Below, one piece after another: positions 60,142 to 64,000 of a DNA stretch of 64,000 bases. Under the pieces are notes generated by a model. That model was not told the origin of the DNA. It did no database searches and saw only the letters and a program-made list of their open reading frames with translations. A program made the position numbers and the translations under genes. Every line of letters begins with the position of its first letter. The first letter of the stretch is position 1. The DNA is from Mobula hypostoma (Eukaryota). The DNA is taken from the NCBI RefSeq assembly GCF_963921235.1, contig NC_086108.1, positions 101,000,001 to 101,064,000 of the forward strand, in the 5' to 3' direction.

Positions 60142-60539
60142 CTATGCATTTGCAAGATTCACTCGCTTCCTTTTCCTTCGTCGACACACAGCGCAAAGAA
60201 TGATACTAGTAATTGTACTCAGAGTAATTCCACTTAATATTGGAATCCATCCTTTCCATGATAAATAAGTGGAATGATGTTTCTTAGCCAAAAACACGAA
60301 GTAAGATACCTTGGCTATGTTTGACACCTCAGAATATTGATTGCTCTGGTCATATGCACGCACAGCAAAGTAGATCACTGTCCCATTTTGCATGTTTGGC
60401 TTCTCAGAATAAACAGTTAGCATTTCTTTGAAGCCATAAGGTTGCGGAATCATGACAGTCGTGTTAATTAGTCGAGCTTTGGGAAAATTATCTCGTAGTT
60501 GTAGCAGTTTGTCACTTGTTCTCACTTCATAATGAGATG
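60142..60539 (-). CDS. CLCA: Last coding exon of a CLCA-family gene, membrane-anchored type
   Basis: Acceptor ctcttctatcttttttag|CA TCT CAT TAT. ASHYEVRTSDKLLQLRDNF..LINTTVMIPQPYGFKE...NGTVIYFAVRAYDQSNQYSEVSNIAKV fits the CLCA C-terminal pattern, followed by a hydrophobic segment and RRRKRKR. Paralog not assignable; upstream exons lie outside the window. Confidence 0.88.
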
Positions 60540-60579
60540 CTAAAAAAGATAGAAGAGGATTGATTTTAATATATTTTTA

Positions 60580-61050
60580 TATACTCAGTGGCCACTTTAT
60601 CAGGTACCCTTCATCAGCTAATCAGACAGCAGTAACTCAATGCATAAAAGCATGCAAACATGGTCAAGAGGTTCCATTGTTCAGACTAAACATCAGAATG
60701 GGGAGGAAATGTGATCAAAGTGACTTTGACCATGGAATGATTGTTAGTGCCAGACAGGGTGGTTTGAGTATCTCAAATACTCTAATTTCCCGTGATCTTC
60801 ACAAACAACAATCTCTAGAGTTTACAGAAAAACAAAAGAAGTTTTGAGTGAGTGGTACCTTTTTGACGAGAAAGATCAGAGGAGAATGGCCAGACTAGCT
60901 CAAGCTGACAGGAAGGCAACAGTAACTCAAATAACCACGTGTTACAACAGTGGTGAGCATCTTTGAACACACAGCACAATGATCTTGAACTGGATGGGTT
61001 ACAGCAGCAGAAGACCACAAATATACACTCAGTGGCCATTTTATTAGGTC
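60580..61050 (+). mobile_element. Tc1-derived element in the last CLCA intron
   Basis: tactcagtggccactttatcaggtac start; MGRKCDQSDFDHGMIVSARQGGLSIS remnant. Confidence 0.7.
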
Positions 61051-61334
61051 CAGGAGGTAGAGTGGATGTGGAGAGGATGTTTCCTGTGGCGGGGAGTCTA
61101 ACATCAGAGGACACAGCTTCAGAATAGAGGGGTGTCCTTTTAGAATAGAGAGGAGGAAGAATTTCTTTGACTAGAGAGTGGTGAATCTGTGGAATTCATC
61201 GCCACAGGCAGTTGTGAAGGGCAAGTCATTGGATATATTTAAGGCAGAGGTTGATAGATTCTTGTTTAGTCAGGGCATGAGGAAGGAAATTAGGGCTGAG
61301 AGGGAAAATGAATCAGCCATGATGAAATGGCGGA

Positions 61335-63090
61335 ATTGGGAACTGAACCTGGTCAGGTGTCAGATCTCTCAGTGGGAGAGCATTTTGCAGATAGTGATCA
61401 CAATTCTGTCACCTTTATCATAGCATTGGAGAGGGATCGGAACAGAAAAGTTAGGAAAGCATTTAATTGGAGTAAGGGGAAATATGAGGCTATCAGGCAG
61501 GAACTTGGAAGCATAAATTGGGAACAGATGTTCTCAGGGAAATGTACGGAAGCAATGTGGCAAATGTTCAGGGGATATTTGTGTGGAGTTCTGCATAGGT
61601 ACGTTCCAGTGAGACAGGAAAAGGATGGTAGGGTACAGGAACCGTGGTAAAGGATGTTCTAAATCCAGTCATGAAGAAAAGAAGAGCTAACGAAAGGTTC
61701 AAAAAACTAAGTAATGATATAGATCTAGAAGATTTTAAGGCTAGCAGGAAGAAGCTTAAGAAAGAAATTAGGAGAGTCAGAAGGGGCCATGAGAAGGCCT
61801 TGGCGGACAGGATTAAGGAAAACCCCAAGGGATTTGACAAATATGTGAAGACCAAGAGGATAAGCCGTGAGAGAATAGGACCAATCAAGTGTGACAGTGG
61901 AAAAGTGTGCATGGAACTAGAGGAGATAGCAGATGTACTTAATGAATACTTTGCTTCAGTATTCACTACAGAAAAGGATTTGGAAGTTATAGGAGTGACT
62001 TAGAGCAGACTGAAAAGCTTGAGCATGTAGATATTAAGAAAAAAGATGTGCTGGAGCTTTTAGAAAGCATCAAGTTGGATAAGTCACCAGGACTGGATGG
62101 GATGTACCCCAGGCTACTGTGGGAGGTGAGGGAGGAGATTGCTGAGACTCTGGCAATGATCTTTGCATCATCAGTGGGGACGGGAGAGGTTCCAGAAGAT
62201 TGGAGGTTTGCAGATGTTGTTCCCTTATTCAAGAAAGGGAGTAGAGATAGCCCAGGAAATTATAGACCAGTGAGTCTTACTTCAGTGGTTGGTAAGTTGA
62301 TGGAGAAGATCCTAAGAGGCAGGATTTATGAACATTTGGAGAGGCATAATATGATTAAGAACATCAGCATGACTTTGTGAAAGGCAGGTCGTGTCTTACG
62401 AGCCTGATTGAATTTTTTGAAGACGTGACTAAACACATTGATGAAGGTAGAGCAATAGATGTAGTGTATATGAATTTCAGCAAGACATTTGACAAGGTAC
62501 CCCTTGCAAGGCTTATTGAGAAGGTAAGGACGCATGATATCCAAAGGGACATTGCTTTGTGGATCCAGAACTGGCTTGCCCACAGAAGGCAAAGTGTGGT
62601 TGTAGACGGGTCATATTCTGCATGGAGGTTGGTGACCAGTGGTGTGCCTCAGGGATCTGTTCTGGGACCCCTACTCTTTGTGATTTTTATAAATGACCTT
62701 TTTTCCTTGGAGCGATGGAGGGTGAGAGGTGACCTGATTGAGGTGTATAAGATGATGAGGGGCATTGATCGTGTGGATAGTCAGAGGCTTTTTCTCAGGG
62801 CTGAAATGGCTAACATGAGAGGGCAGAGTTTTAAGGTGCTTGGAAGCAGGTACAGAGGAGCTGTTAGGGGTAAGTTTTTTTTACGGAGAGTGTGGTGAGT
62901 GCAAGGAATGGGCTGCCAGCAATGGTGGTGGAGGTGGATACGACAGGGTCTTTTAAGAGACTCCTGGACAGGTACATGAAGCTTAGAAAAATAGAGGGCT
63001 ATGGGTAACCCTTGGTAATTTCTAAGGTAAAGACATGTTCGGCACAGCTTTGTGGGTCGAATGGCCTGTACTGTGCTGTAGGTTTTCTCT
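61335..63090 (+). mobile_element. CR1 LINE with an internal deletion at ~62697, nested in an older CR1 3' end
   Basis: SDHNSV, KSPGLDG, NYRPVSLTS, then GVPQGSVLGP..FINDL fused to FSLERWRVRGDL. The older CR1 tail runs 61050-61334 and resumes near 63100. Confidence 0.9.
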
Positions 63091-64000
63091 GTTTTTTATG
63101 CAATGGGCCAAATGGCCTAATTCTGTTCCTATATCTTATGTCAAATAAAGTGGTTACTGAGAGTATACAGCTGGAAAAAGCACACATTTTCCTTGGCTTT
63201 ATGAAATGAGTCCAAGGGCATGAGGGCAAAGAAGTCAAACCCTCATTAAGCATAGATTAGGCCTCACATAGTATGTGCTAAGCAGCATACTTAAGCAAGG
63301 ATATCATGTCCTTGGAAAAGGTGTCACAGAATTTTACCAAGATGCTGTTCAGCCCTGGCTTTTGTAGCACTGAATGCATCTCTCCATTCTCTTCCCATAA
63401 TGATGCACCACAGAATCAGAGTCAGATTCATTATCAGTAAGATATGCCGTGAAATTGATATTAGTTAGACTGGAAGTGTACAGAGAATATTTCCAAGGAT
63501 ATTTCCAGGATTTGATGACATGAGTTAGAGGGAAAGTTTGACAAGGTTAGGACTTTATTCCCTGGAGCATAGGAAATGAGGGGATATACAAAATTATGAG
63601 GGTGTGGATAGTGTAAATGCAAGCGGAGTTCTTCCACTGAGGTTGGGTGAGCCAAGAACTAGAGTTCATGGGTTAAGACTGAAAGGAGATATAAAAACAT
63701 GAAAAATAAATATTTAGTGCAAAAAAGAAATAGCAAGATAGTGTTCATGGGTCCTGTTCTGATGCATCACATCTTGGCATGGCAACTGTTCTGTTTGAGA
63801 TCATAAAAAACAACAGAGAGCTGTGGACAAAGCCTAGTCCATTATGGGGACCAGCCTTCCCTTTGGAGTTTGTCCACATTTCCCACTGCTAAAGCAACAA
63901 AAATGATCAAAGATCTCACCCAGTCTAAACATTCTTCTCCCTCCTCCTATTGGGGAGAAGATACGAAAAGCTGAAAGCATGTATTTGTACTGATACTGGT

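Noticed and set aside
60540..64000. Penultimate CLCA exon (expected WTAPGDD-like motif)
   Set aside because: Not seen; the region is Tc1, CR1 and Rex1 debris, so the exon probably lies beyond the window.

Overview
This is repeat-dense vertebrate DNA. The repeat families suggest a cartilaginous fish, probably a ray (inference only). One host coding exon is supportable: the last exon of a membrane-anchored CLCA (calcium-activated chloride channel regulator) gene on the - strand at 60142-60539, with a likely poly(A) signal near 59241. The rest is transposable elements and local duplications. (1) A 12.9-kb hAT transposon (TIRs, 8-bp TSD) sits in a Rex1-type LINE. It holds a Gmr1-like Ty3/gypsy LTR element with open Gag-protease but ruined pol, itself hit by a young CR1. 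It also holds a solo LTR with a 39-bp minisatellite. (2) An old ~4-kb palindrome is centred near 21.8 kb. (3) A tandem duplication (A ~29.8-45.1 kb, B ~45.1-58.4 kb) has copy-specific insertions and patchy identity. (4) A Penelope-like element keeps an open RT/GIY-YIG frame and a minimal hammerhead ribozyme. (5) Dong/R4, Nimb, RTE-derived, Tc1-derived and SINE elements are also present. I found no clearly new host system. The best leads are the Gag-PR-only LTR element, the palindrome/duplication history, a GC-rich passenger in the hAT, and an AATAAA array facing the CLCA 3' end. Boundaries marked approximate were set by eye.
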